From a virus (taxonomy: Duplodnaviria; Heunggongvirae; Uroviricota; Caudoviricetes): DNA of 26,528 nt. Below, one piece after another: positions 1-8,154 of this stretch (position 1 is the first letter of the stretch; each line of letters starts with the position of its first letter). The translations under genes and the position numbers were made by a program. The notes under the pieces are model-generated. The model did not search any database. It was not told the DNA's origin and worked only from the letters and a program-made list of their open reading frames with translations. Location: IMG/VR virus record IMGVR_UViG_2563366972_000005, positions 1-26,528 of that record; one strand, written 5' to 3'.

Positions 1-1020
1 CTACTTACTGACCACAAGCGGCAAATCCAGTGTTGGCGTGATTTTGGTTTTACGATCGTAAATCAACACCTGATTTTCTGTTTTGTGTCCACTGAAAATT
101 TGTTTGTCGCGACTGCTGCCTTCGTAATCTGAAATCCCTTTGGCTTTTATGTCATGGAAGTTGCACCCAAACGGAACGCCGGCTTTTTGCTCGGCTGCAC
201 GTTTAGCCTGATTCCACCAGTTGTTCAGCGTCTTGGCTATTACCTTCCCGCCTTTGGTTGTGTTGATCACATACTCGCATGTGCCGGAAGATACATTTCG
301 GGCTAACTGGATCGCCGTACGTAATCGCGGAGACCATTCCTTGATTTGTTTAGTGCCGGTCTTGTTTTGCTCAATGTAAATCCCTTTATCCATAATATCC
401 TGCCATTTCAGCTCGAGTACATCACCGAGCCTTGCCGCACAAAGATAGGATATCTCCATTGCAATACGTAACTGTGGAATTGCTTCCGCATATATTGCAG
501 CATACTGTTCATCGGTGATGTAAACAGTACGGGCTTTAAGTGTGAATTTTCTGACTCCTTTGCATGGATTATTTTTCACATACCCACGCTCATATCCCCA
601 TCCGTATACACGGCTCAGACTTGCCAGTTCATGGTTTGCCTGGGTCTTGCTCTCAAGTCCTCGCTTATCCATGAAAATTCTTACCTGTTCAATTTTTACA
701 TTATCAGTAAGCACTTTTCCGAATACTGCCAACAATGCCCTTTGATGTTGCCGATAATCTTTTTGGGTTCGGGGGGCCAGTTCTGTAAATGCAGGGGAGT
801 CCATAAACATGTGCCATAATTTAGCTACTGTCATTATGTTGTGGAGTTTTGCTTTTTCCAGCTCATAATTTTGCCAGACTTTAGCTACGCTGGTTTCCCG
901 CACTCTTCCGAGCCCTATAGTTCTTGTGCTTCCTTCGGGTTTCCATACGTAACTGTAACCATTCGATCTAACACGTGGTGGCAGTGCATTATCTTTTTTG
1001 TTTTTTCTTGGTCTTCCCAT
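1..1020 (-). CDS. int: Phage integrase, tyrosine recombinase family
   Basis: 339 aa ORF with basic N-terminus (MGRPRKNKK...) and C-terminal R...H..R...Y-type motifs (ARLGDVLELKWQDI, FHDIKAKG, GHKTENQVLIYDRK); overlaps the xis-like ORF as in lambdoid int-xis pairs. Stop codon sits at window position 1-3. Confidence 0.88.
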   Translation of the reverse strand: MGRPRKNKKDNALPPRVRSNGYSYVWKPEGSTRTIGLGRVRETSVAKVWQNYELEKAKLHNIMTVAKLWHMFMDSPAFTELAPRTQKDYRQHQRALLAVFGKVLTDNVKIEQVRIFMDKRGLESKTQANHELASLSRVYGWGYERGYVKNNPCKGVRKFTLKARTVYITDEQYAAIYAEAIPQLRIAMEISYLCAARLGDVLELKWQDIMDKGIYIEQNKTGTKQIKEWSPRLRTAIQLARNVSSGTCEYVINTTKGGKVIAKTLNNWWNQAKRAAEQKAGVPFGCNFHDIKAKGISDYEGSSRDKQIFSGHKTENQVLIYDRKTKITPTLDLPLVVSK

Positions 1021-1240
1021 TGTTCAGCGCCTCAAAATCGGGTTCAGCAGAAACCAGTTCAGATACTTTCGACATCGCTGTCAGCCCGTGCGGAACATCC
1101 CGGCGAAGAACTATTGGTTCGTTTTTAGGTCCGATTACAAACGGGATGCCGTGCAGCCTTAGCTGGTGTTGCTGTCTTGTGTATCGCTCGTATCTTGTGA
1201 TCTCTTGAATCTCTGCTGGCGATAGAGTTAATTCGTACAT
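989..1240 (-). CDS. xis: Excisionase-like small DNA-binding protein
   Basis: 83 aa ORF immediately upstream of int on the same strand with a 32 nt overlap; basic C-terminal tail. Assignment is by position and size. Confidence 0.55.
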   Translation of the reverse strand: MYELTLSPAEIQEITRYERYTRQQHQLRLHGIPFVIGPKNEPIVLRRDVPHGLTAMSKVSELVSAEPDFEALNNGKTKKKQKR

Positions 1241-1306
1241 GTGGTCACGTGCCTTACAGCATGACCGCCGCCAATATAATTCGGAGACGGCGATCAGGGG
1301 TGAACA

Positions 1307-3790
1307 TTAAAAATCAACCGGATTCGGGATCAGTTTTTGTATCGTGGCTGTAACGTATTTTGCCTGGTGACGGGCATCATCCAGCGCATTGTGGCGCACG
1401 CCTTCAAATGGAATAACTGTTCTGGCATCAAAGTCGATTGTTTTTCCCAGCTCAACGATTGTGCGTACATCGCGATCGTTGTAGTAGCGCCACGGGCAGG
1501 GGATGTCCAGACGTTCGTATGAGGTGCGCAAAATTGCGTTATCGAAAGTTGCACCATTACCCCATACCTGAACGAATTTTTCATCTGAGTATTCGTTGAT
1601 GAACTCCCGAAACCGCGAAAGGGCATCCTTCAGTTTTACCTGGTCTGTTAAAATGGCAGCTCTGGCTTCACTGGACTGCTTCAGCCACCATTCGATGGTT
1701 CCACCGTCAGGAACAGCCCCTGTATTCATTGCGTCAGTCAGACTGATAACGATATAAAATACTGGCCCGATTTCCCCTGTTTGTGGGTCGAAGAAAACCG
1801 CACCAATAACCACGATGGGCGCATTGGTGTTGGTTCCCATTGTTTCAAGGTCGATCATCAGGTGATACCACACTCTGCTGGTGGATGTGATAACGTGATG
1901 ACCGTTCACCGCAATTAAGGGATCTGCCGTCTCGCCAGTTTCATTATCGCTGGCGTGGTCCTGAGCGCTGCCAGCATTCTCCTTGTGTGGATGTTCAGCG
2001 CCTTCCATTTCCTTCGGATCATTTTCCTGAACTTCAACCTGATTCTCTTCATCGAATGTTTCCTGGTATGTTGCGTCGCCCATCACCGCGCCACAATCAG
2101 GGCAGTTGCCGTCGCCGGTCTGACCGCAGGCGGTGCAGACTTTTTCCGCTTCCTGTTGCGCTACTGGCTCAGGTTGTTTCGTTTCTGGCTCGTTTTGTAA
2201 CGCATTTGGGCTGTTTTGTTCCGCTTTCTGGTCGTTCTGTTCCGTTTCTTGCTGGTTCTGATTCACTGAATCGCGGGTTTCAATCCCCTTCACCCATTTC
2301 GGATCATTCGGGTCGCTAATCCCTGCAACAAATTCACCACGTGATACAGCAAGCAACTGATTGGCGTCAGGCTGGCTGATATTGGCTGCCTGCATAATTT
2401 TGTTTACTTCGTCAGCGGTAACTTTTACCGGCTCCGGTTGTGCGGTCGTGTCAGATGCACCAGTATTTTGTTGTGAACCTGAGTATGTACCGTTTTTGCG
2501 GGCAAAATATTCTTCTTTCGTGATTTCAGTAGCCCCTGTAGCCAACGCCTTATTCAGACCAGAAAGTTTGTTTGCACGACCATATTTTTCGCCATCCTTA
2601 TCGGTGAAGAGGAAGTAGAACGGCCCCTCACGCTCTACAGATGGTTCAGTTTCCAGCGCGCTTTCATTTTTTTGGGTATCAGATACTTCAGTTTCCACTG
2701 CGTCAGTTTCTGGTACTGGCGACGAGAGAGTATTAGTTGTGCCCTGATTTGTTCCTTCGTCATCTTCAAACACGCCCTTTGTAGCCAGGTATTCAGTGAT
2801 GTATTTGTTCAGTGCCATGGGATCTTTGTGAATGTCGATCGGACGTTCACGGACAAGGCCAAAAATAGTCTGGCGGCTGTAGCGAATCGCATCGGGTTGT
2901 TTGCGCATTGATGCGGAAATGCGCTTCCAGTCTTCGCGATCTTTGTCGATAACTTCATTTTTTGCCCAGCGATGGATGCTGCCGTCAATGTTTCCGGCAT
3001 TAATATCGCCAGGCCACAGAGCGTAGGCCAGTTCTTCATCCAGCGTTTTCCATGTCTGCTTGTATTCGCGACGAATGGCGGCAGTGGCGGGGTTGATTTT
3101 TCCTGCTGAGTTTTCAGTGTGCTGCCGGTTGACTCTGGCGCGGGCAAGATCAACAACAGACGTGTATTTTCCAGTCTCTTTGCGCTCTGCGTCCTGCCGT
3201 TTTTTCCAGTTACGTAATTCGGCCTGAATGTCCGGCCATTTTGCGCCAGGCTTACATTTATGTTTAACCCATCCGATAGCGAACAGTTTGCGTTCCGGAT
3301 ACATAGCGTTAATTTCTGGTGTTTTCATCAGTGCTTCAACGATATGCCCGTCGAATGTCGCCACGTCTTCCTGCAGTAACTCCTGTGCGCTAATCACCAT
3401 ATCAACGGTGATGTTTTCGCATGTACCGAACTTAACCAGGACTGCGTTCTGCACTTCAGGGGACAGCTTGTCAAAATTGACGTTCATCGGATCGGATTCT
3501 GGTTCGACCGGGACAAAAGAGGCTGACTCTTCATCCCAGCGGTTTTCCTGCATATATTCGGTATCCCATGAGTCGATAGCAGGGCGGGGCATGCCGGGTT
3601 TATCCTCGCAGACAAGAAATTTATAAGCGCAGTCCTGAGCAGCCGGATATTGCTCCAGGAATTGCCAGGTAAATTTGGCACGGGCGCGGCGTTCGTCACC
3701 GGCTTCAATGGCAGTGGCTACAGCGACTGCACCTTCTTCCTTTATTGCCTGTTCGTCCGGAATGGCGGCGCAAATAAAGACTTTACTCAT
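1307..3790 (-). CDS. Large early-region protein with C-terminal DEDDh-type 3'-5' exonuclease domain (of the kind often annotated exodeoxyribonuclease VIII in prophages)
   Basis: 827 aa ORF; C-terminal ~190 aa carry exonuclease motifs (MIDLETMG..., ...HNALDDA...); central CxxC...CxxC zinc-ribbon-like motif (CTACGQTGDGNCPDCG); acidic/Gln-rich low-complexity linker; start preceded by GAGG. Confidence 0.8.
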   Translation of the reverse strand: MSKVFICAAIPDEQAIKEEGAVAVATAIEAGDERRARAKFTWQFLEQYPAAQDCAYKFLVCEDKPGMPRPAIDSWDTEYMQENRWDEESASFVPVEPESDPMNVNFDKLSPEVQNAVLVKFGTCENITVDMVISAQELLQEDVATFDGHIVEALMKTPEINAMYPERKLFAIGWVKHKCKPGAKWPDIQAELRNWKKRQDAERKETGKYTSVVDLARARVNRQHTENSAGKINPATAAIRREYKQTWKTLDEELAYALWPGDINAGNIDGSIHRWAKNEVIDKDREDWKRISASMRKQPDAIRYSRQTIFGLVRERPIDIHKDPMALNKYITEYLATKGVFEDDEGTNQGTTNTLSSPVPETDAVETEVSDTQKNESALETEPSVEREGPFYFLFTDKDGEKYGRANKLSGLNKALATGATEITKEEYFARKNGTYSGSQQNTGASDTTAQPEPVKVTADEVNKIMQAANISQPDANQLLAVSRGEFVAGISDPNDPKWVKGIETRDSVNQNQQETEQNDQKAEQNSPNALQNEPETKQPEPVAQQEAEKVCTACGQTGDGNCPDCGAVMGDATYQETFDEENQVEVQENDPKEMEGAEHPHKENAGSAQDHASDNETGETADPLIAVNGHHVITSTSRVWYHLMIDLETMGTNTNAPIVVIGAVFFDPQTGEIGPVFYIVISLTDAMNTGAVPDGGTIEWWLKQSSEARAAILTDQVKLKDALSRFREFINEYSDEKFVQVWGNGATFDNAILRTSYERLDIPCPWRYYNDRDVRTIVELGKTIDFDARTVIPFEGVRHNALDDARHQAKYVTATIQKLIPNPVDF

Positions 3791-3883
3791 TTTGTTTTAA
3801 CCTCATTACAGATTTAAGGGTGAACAAATCCCTGCCATTGCTGGCATATAAAAATAAAACCGGATATTAATTACGGTGCTGTT

Positions 3884-4075
3884 TTAAAGTCCTGCCGGTA
3901 TTTCGTTATTATTAGTGTGAGTAGCTTTATCTACCGGATAACAGTTACCGGGAATTTTTTGTTCTGCTGCGGCAGCCATGCATTCTTTCATTGAACCGTA
4001 TAAGCCAGTCACCAGCTCAAGAGATTCGCCGGAAACAAGATAAACTGTCAGAACGAGTGCAAATGTTGTATTCAT
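3884..4075 (-). CDS. Small hypothetical protein with hydrophobic N-terminus (signal-peptide-like)
   Basis: 63 aa ORF, stop/start abutting neighbouring ORFs in the leftward operon. Confidence 0.45.
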   Translation of the reverse strand: MNTTFALVLTVYLVSGESLELVTGLYGSMKECMAAAAEQKIPGNCYPVDKATHTNNNEIPAGL

Positions 4076-4356
4076 TGTTTATATCCTTTTAGCAGCAGGT
4101 CCAGACGAGCCAGCATTGAAGGAATGCATACTTCATTTAACAGGTCATGCTCGAGTTTTCTCTGCTTAATGGCGTCTTCAATAAATGTTTTGTCTCCAGT
4201 GATAACGCCAATTTCGAAACGAAGTTCAGACGTACTGGCATTGCATGATAACTTTTCCATTATCGCGTCCTCAACAATGAATTTTGTGATGCGGTGCCTG
4301 GTGCCTCCAGGTGACGTTAACCAGTTAACAATTAACGCCGGATACAGAGAACCCAC
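4072..4356 (-). CDS. Kil-like small protein (possible host cell-division inhibitor); likely true start is the ATG at 4260 (62 aa)
   Basis: Motif FEIGVITGDKTFIEDAI resembles the lambda Kil core as I remember it; internal ATG at 4260 is preceded by GAGGA with 7 nt spacing; the long ORF begins with GTG. Confidence 0.4.
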   Translation of the reverse strand: MGSLYPALIVNWLTSPGGTRHRITKFIVEDAIMEKLSCNASTSELRFEIGVITGDKTFIEDAIKQRKLEHDLLNEVCIPSMLARLDLLLKGYKQ

Positions 4357-4834
4357 CCATAAGAACCAATACGGAAGTCAACTGGCCTTTTTAACTGTTC
4401 CGCGTGCGCTGAGCCGCATTCACCGCATCACAAAATTCACTTTAAAAAGGGCGGGTATCACAAGGGAAAACAAAAAACGGATACCCGCCAAAAGGTAATC
4501 AACATGGGTTGTTGCAGCGGGGTTGTCACTTAAGCGTATGGTCAACCTGACAACCTGGTGTCCTCAACGGGGAAGGAATAACCCCGCCATACTTACCGCC
4601 GCGCCATTTCGCGGATTGCCACAACCGGAAGCGCACGGTCGACGAAAATTTAACGACAGGCTATCTATGAACCAGCTACCTCGCCGTGCGCTTTCGCGTT
4701 ATGGTCTGACTTTTCATGGAAATATCCTTTCAGTAAACTGTCAGTGCCGGATGCTCACCCGTGTCCGGCGCACGCACTCCACCTCACCCGTGGAGAACTC
4801 CTTAATTACCAACCTTAGCTTCGTTGGTTAGCTA

Positions 4835-5053
4835 TTAACGCGGGTATGTAATCATTCTGGCAATGCTTAATGCCGCTGCTTTTTCCAGCCTGGTGATATC
4901 CTGCTCCAGAGCGGACAGATTTTCAGCCTGCTTAGCCCTGGCTTCATTGGCCCATTTCAGATCCTGCGCTGCATTAATTTTCTGGCGCATCCACTCATAA
5001 AGTTCATCATCGGTATAGTCTGGCGCGATGATGACGGGTTCTCGTTTCTGCAT
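4835..5053 (-). CDS. Hypothetical early-left protein
   Basis: 72 aa ORF with GAGGAA Shine-Dalgarno 6 nt upstream of ATG; co-oriented with the early-left operon. Confidence 0.5.
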   Translation of the reverse strand: MQKREPVIIAPDYTDDELYEWMRQKINAAQDLKWANEARAKQAENLSALEQDITRLEKAAALSIARMITYPR

Positions 5054-5082
5054 ACTGATTCCTCGCGGTGCTGTTTCGCTTA

Positions 5083-5211
5083 TCAGCCGTTAGATTTTGC
5101 CGAACTGGAAAGCGCCTGTTTAAATTCGCTGAAGCTGAGAGTTTCTTCGCCTTCGGCAAGGCCTTCGAAGTATTCTTCGTAAGCCTTTTTCATGATTGTG
5201 TCGAAATCCAT
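5083..5211 (-). CDS. Small acidic hypothetical protein (42 aa, MDFDTIMKKAYEEYFEGLAEGEETLSFSEFKQALSSSAKSNG); not in the supplied ORF track (below its size cut-off)
   Basis: Hand-translated; AGGTGA Shine-Dalgarno 5 nt upstream of ATG and embedded in the stop region of the upstream ORF (translational coupling); size and position recall Rac ydaG. Confidence 0.35.
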   Translation of the reverse strand: MDFDTIMKKAYEEYFEGLAEGEETLSFSEFKQALSSSAKSNG

Positions 5212-5212
5212 A

Positions 5213-5449
5213 TCACTCACCTGAGTTTCTTTCCAGCCAGCGACGGGCACCATTTTCGGTTTTAAACGTTTTGCTTTTGGTATACGTCATCGCGGTGAAT
5301 GTGCCGTCCTGGTTGGGAAACACGCCGTACACCAGAGATTCGTTGTTGCCAAGATCGATAGTATCCATGTTGACCTCATTTCCCCTTAACGCCGGGGTAG
5401 CGGAACAAAAACCTGCTGCATAGTTATTAAAGTTGAACCCTGCCGTCAT
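5213..5449 (-). CDS. Hypothetical protein, possibly YdaF-like; alternative start at 5368 gives 51 aa
   Basis: 78 aa ORF; internal ATG at 5368 preceded by GAGGT; sits directly leftward of the repressor, as ydaF/ydaG do in Rac. Confidence 0.45.
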   Translation of the reverse strand: MTAGFNFNNYAAGFCSATPALRGNEVNMDTIDLGNNESLVYGVFPNQDGTFTAMTYTKSKTFKTENGARRWLERNSGE

Positions 5450-5575
5450 GTTCTTACGCCTCGGGCTGGCTACTTAACCCCTGACCACTGCCTGGTAACT
5501 CGAAGTATTGCCCTGCATTCTGTGGGGTGGGGTGAGGGAATGAATGAAGTTTAGAAAAATGAACTTTTCAGGTCA

Positions 5576-5594
5576 ATGTTTTTTATCAAAACAT
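5576..5594. promoter_or_regulatory. oL-like operator: perfect inverted repeat ATGTTTT-N5-AAAACAT
   Basis: Palindrome read directly from sequence downstream of the repressor gene; same half-site (GTTTTGAT / ATGTTTT) recurs in the cI-cro intergenic region. Confidence 0.45.
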
Positions 5595-5659
5595 TTTAAG
5601 CAGGCAGCTGTTAAGCCATCACCACGATGGCATACAGTTAATCAAATAGATGAGGTTGG

Positions 5660-6298
5660 TTAAATATCTTGTTGAATTTTAAAGCATACGCCCAATATGC
5701 AAGATAGATCATCCAGCATAATTGAAGGGTAGCGAGGATTCGTGGGGACTAAAAGAATATCCGGCCCTTCTATCTCCAGTTTACGAATGACAGGTGTTGT
5801 GGTCCCTTTGGGTAAGGCAAGGACAATATTTCCTGGTTGTACGGTTCGATCGGGATCAACAAAAACTGTTGAACCATTTGGGATGGAAACTCCCCCACCA
5901 GATGTTGACATACTGTCACTCTCTAGAACAACTGCAAAGGTATTGGCCGGGATTTCTCCGACAAGCTGCACACAAGAGGTTATTGAGGAATTTTTCATAT
6001 AATCACTCCAGCTTGCTGCCTGCTGAAGTGATAGTAGCGGAACCGTTTTTATCGGCGGTAAAGATAGATCAAGCGAATCACCTGTATTTAACTCTCCTCC
6101 ATTAAGAAGCCAATTTTCGTTTACTTTCAATATCTTTGCCAGTGAACTTATGTAACGCGAGGACGGCGCTCCTCCACCGTTCATCCATTGACTTACGGAG
6201 CCTTTTGATGCGCCAGTGGCATTGACAAGGTCTTTGCCTTTCAGGTTTAGCGCATGCATACGTTGGGTTATGCGTTCAGATATTGTTTGCTTGCTCAT
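5660..6298 (-). CDS. CI-like repressor (N-terminal HTH plus C-terminal S24/LexA-like autopeptidase domain)
   Basis: 212 aa; N-terminal HTH-like segment (RMHALNLKGKDLVNATGASKGSVSQW) and C-terminal S24-like segment; divergently oriented from the cro-like gene. Confidence 0.88.
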   Translation of the reverse strand: MSKQTISERITQRMHALNLKGKDLVNATGASKGSVSQWMNGGGAPSSRYISSLAKILKVNENWLLNGGELNTGDSLDLSLPPIKTVPLLSLQQAASWSDYMKNSSITSCVQLVGEIPANTFAVVLESDSMSTSGGGVSIPNGSTVFVDPDRTVQPGNIVLALPKGTTTPVIRKLEIEGPDILLVPTNPRYPSIMLDDLSCILGVCFKIQQDI

Positions 6299-6361
6299 GT
6301 TTTGATTTTAAAACACAGATGGTTTTGTTTCTTGACTTTCTTTGGTTTTGATTATTAAACT
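6297..6361. promoter_or_regulatory. oR-like operator/promoter region with three GTTTTGAT-containing repeats between the repressor and cro-like genes
   Basis: Repeats ATGTTTTGATTTTAAAACAC (overlapping the repressor start codon), GGTTTTGTTTCTTGAC and GGTTTTGATTATTAAAC read from sequence; TTGACT -35-like element within. Confidence 0.5.
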
Positions 6362-6389
6362 TTTGGCGTTCAGTTTTATGGAGCGACTC

Positions 6390-6620
6390 ATGAAAAAATC
6401 AGAAGTATTAGGCTATTTTGGCGGAGTTGTTAAAACAGCCGCAGCTCTAGGAACGTCAAAAACCACAGTCAGCATGTGGGGGGAAGAGGTTCCGTGGAAA
6501 TGGGCGTTGCTAATTCAGGCAGTCACTGCTGGGGCGCTCAAATATGAGTTACACATACCGACGGTTGTCATTCCCGGTTCTGATCATAATCCGCCTTCTA
6601 ACCAAGGGGGGGATTCATGA
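6390..6620 (+). CDS. Cro/YdaS-like small HTH regulator
   Basis: 76 aa from ATG at 6390 (GGAG 5 nt upstream); HTH-like segment VVKTAAALGTSKTTVSMW; first gene rightward of the repressor; stop overlaps next start (ATGA). Confidence 0.72.
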   Translation: MKKSEVLGYFGGVVKTAAALGTSKTTVSMWGEEVPWKWALLIQAVTAGALKYELHIPTVVIPGSDHNPPSNQGGDS

Positions 6621-7042
6621 AAATCAAGCATGAACACATCCGCATGGCGATGAATGCCTGGGCGCGTCCTGATGGCGAAAAAGTTCCAGCAGCTGGAATA
6701 ACCCAGGCTTATTTTGAGTTGGGTATGACGTTTCCTGAACTGTATGACGACAGCCATCCGGAAGCCCTGGCTCGCAATACCCAGAAAATTTTCCGCTGGG
6801 TAGAGAAAGACACCCCTGATGCAGTTGAAAAAATTCAGGCGTTGTTACCAGCGATCGAAAAGGCAATGCCACCTTTGCTGGTGGCCAGAATGCGCAGCCA
6901 CAGTTCAGCTTATTTTCGGGACCTGGTGGAGACGCGGGAGCGATTGGTGAGAGACGCTGATGATTTTGTCGCAGTGGCAATCGCCGGCTTCAATCAGATG
7001 AACCGTGGTGGTCCGGCAGGAAATGCTGTGGCGGTACATTGA
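6617..7042 (+). CDS. YdaT-like protein (CII-like functional equivalent in Rac/CP-933P-type immunity regions)
   Basis: 141 aa starting MKIKHEHI, matching the YdaT N-terminus as I remember it; position directly after the cro/ydaS-like gene; strong AAGGGGGGG Shine-Dalgarno. Confidence 0.65.
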   Translation: MKIKHEHIRMAMNAWARPDGEKVPAAGITQAYFELGMTFPELYDDSHPEALARNTQKIFRWVEKDTPDAVEKIQALLPAIEKAMPPLLVARMRSHSSAYFRDLVETRERLVRDADDFVAVAIAGFNQMNRGGPAGNAVAVH

Positions 7043-7113
7043 CTGACAATATTCATACCGGATCGCTTCCGGAAACTCGTGAGTAAAAAGATTCGGTATC
7101 AGAAGAGGTGAGT

Positions 7114-8154
7114 ATGGCCAACGCCTGGCTCAGATTATGGCATGACATGCCAAATGACCCTAAGTGGCGAACAATTTCAAGGGTGTCAGGACAGCCGATT
7201 GCAACAGTGATGGCGGTGTATATCCACCTTCTGGTTAGCGCGTCACGAAATGTCACGACATGTCACGGCGTGTCACTACGGGGTCACATTGATGTCACGA
7301 CGGAAGATTTAGCAAGTGCGCTTGATGTGACGGAAGACGTAATTGATTCAATTTTGCAAGCAATGCAGGGGCGGGTGCTTGATGGAGATTTAATCACTGG
7401 ATGGGAAAAACGCCAGGTACTGAAAGAGGACAACGGTAACGTTTCTCAAACCGCGAAATCCCCGGCAGAGCGCAAGAGAGCGCAGCGTGAGAGGGAAAAA
7501 TTACGAAAACAGAATGAGGAATGTCACGACGAGTCACGCATATGTCACGACATGTCACGACGAGTCACGACAGATACAGATACAGATAAAGAATTAAACC
7601 CCACACATAGCGCGCGCGTGCGCGAGATCGCTCCGACCAGTGAGTCGAATGGCGCGCCGTTGCAGGCAGCGGAACCTGATTACCTGGAAGGTCTGAGCGA
7701 ACCCATCGGAAAATTTCCGATGACCGACGGCTGGAATCCGTCGCCCGATTTCCGACAACGGGCTGCACTGTGGGGAGTGGCTCTGCCGGAGCCGGAATTT
7801 ACACCTGCTGAACTTGCCGCCTTCCGGGACTACTGGGCAGCGGAGGGGAAAGTTTTCACGCAGGTTCAGTGGGAGCAGAAATTCGCCCGTCACGTAAATC
7901 ACGTCAGGGCGCAGGTTAAACCAGTCAGCAAGGGGGTGAGCCATGCAGCAACGCCAGGTGGCACCGCATCACGGGCAGTTCAGGAAATTCGGGCAGCACG
8001 TGAGCAGTGGGAACGTGAAAACGGATTTATCAGCGACGGAAACGGCGTGGAAGCTGTGGGAACTCATGGGGGAGGTTTATTCGAACCGCTGGACTCAGAA
8101 GAACGGGGCCGCACCTTCGAAGCTCTGGATTGCACAGATTGGCGCGATGACTGA
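7114..8154 (+). CDS. Replication initiation protein, O-like, with embedded iteron origin
   Basis: 347 aa from ATG 7114 (GAGG 5 nt upstream); two clusters of 10-bp-phased GTCACG iterons inside the coding sequence; immediately upstream of a lambda-P-like gene. Confidence 0.7.
   Translation: MANAWLRLWHDMPNDPKWRTISRVSGQPIATVMAVYIHLLVSASRNVTTCHGVSLRGHIDVTTEDLASALDVTEDVIDSILQAMQGRVLDGDLITGWEKRQVLKEDNGNVSQTAKSPAERKRAQREREKLRKQNEECHDESRICHDMSRRVTTDTDTDKELNPTHSARVREIAPTSESNGAPLQAAEPDYLEGLSEPIGKFPMTDGWNPSPDFRQRAALWGVALPEPEFTPAELAAFRDYWAAEGKVFTQVQWEQKFARHVNHVRAQVKPVSKGVSHAATPGGTASRAVQEIRAAREQWERENGFISDGNGVEAVGTHGGGLFEPLDSEERGRTFEALDCTDWRDD
7241..7300. repeat. Iteron cluster 1: six GTCAC(G) repeats at ~10-11 bp spacing inside the O-like gene
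   Basis: Direct repeats cGTCACGaaa tGTCACGaca tGTCACGgcg tGTCACtacg ggGTCACatt gatGTCACGa read from sequence. Confidence 0.7.
7521..7600. repeat. Iteron cluster 2 (five (T/A)GTCACGAC repeats) followed by a CAGATA x3 tandem and an AT-rich tract; putative origin of replication
   Basis: Repeats at 7523, 7533, 7544, 7554, 7564 with 10-11 bp phasing, then cagatacagatacagataaagaattaaacc; mirrors the lambda ori architecture (iterons plus AT-rich region inside O). Confidence 0.65.

Noticed and set aside
1330-3708. Multiple ORFs of 60-130 aa on both strands inside the exonuclease gene
   Set aside because: Fully nested in or antisense to a long, well-supported coding frame; no start signals; typical shadow ORFs.
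4124-4831. Two plus-strand ORFs (4124-4498, 4523-4831) in the early-left region
   Set aside because: Arg-rich, low-complexity translations, no ribosome-binding sites, and opposite in orientation to the surrounding leftward operon; judged spurious, although the region itself is flagged as unexplained.
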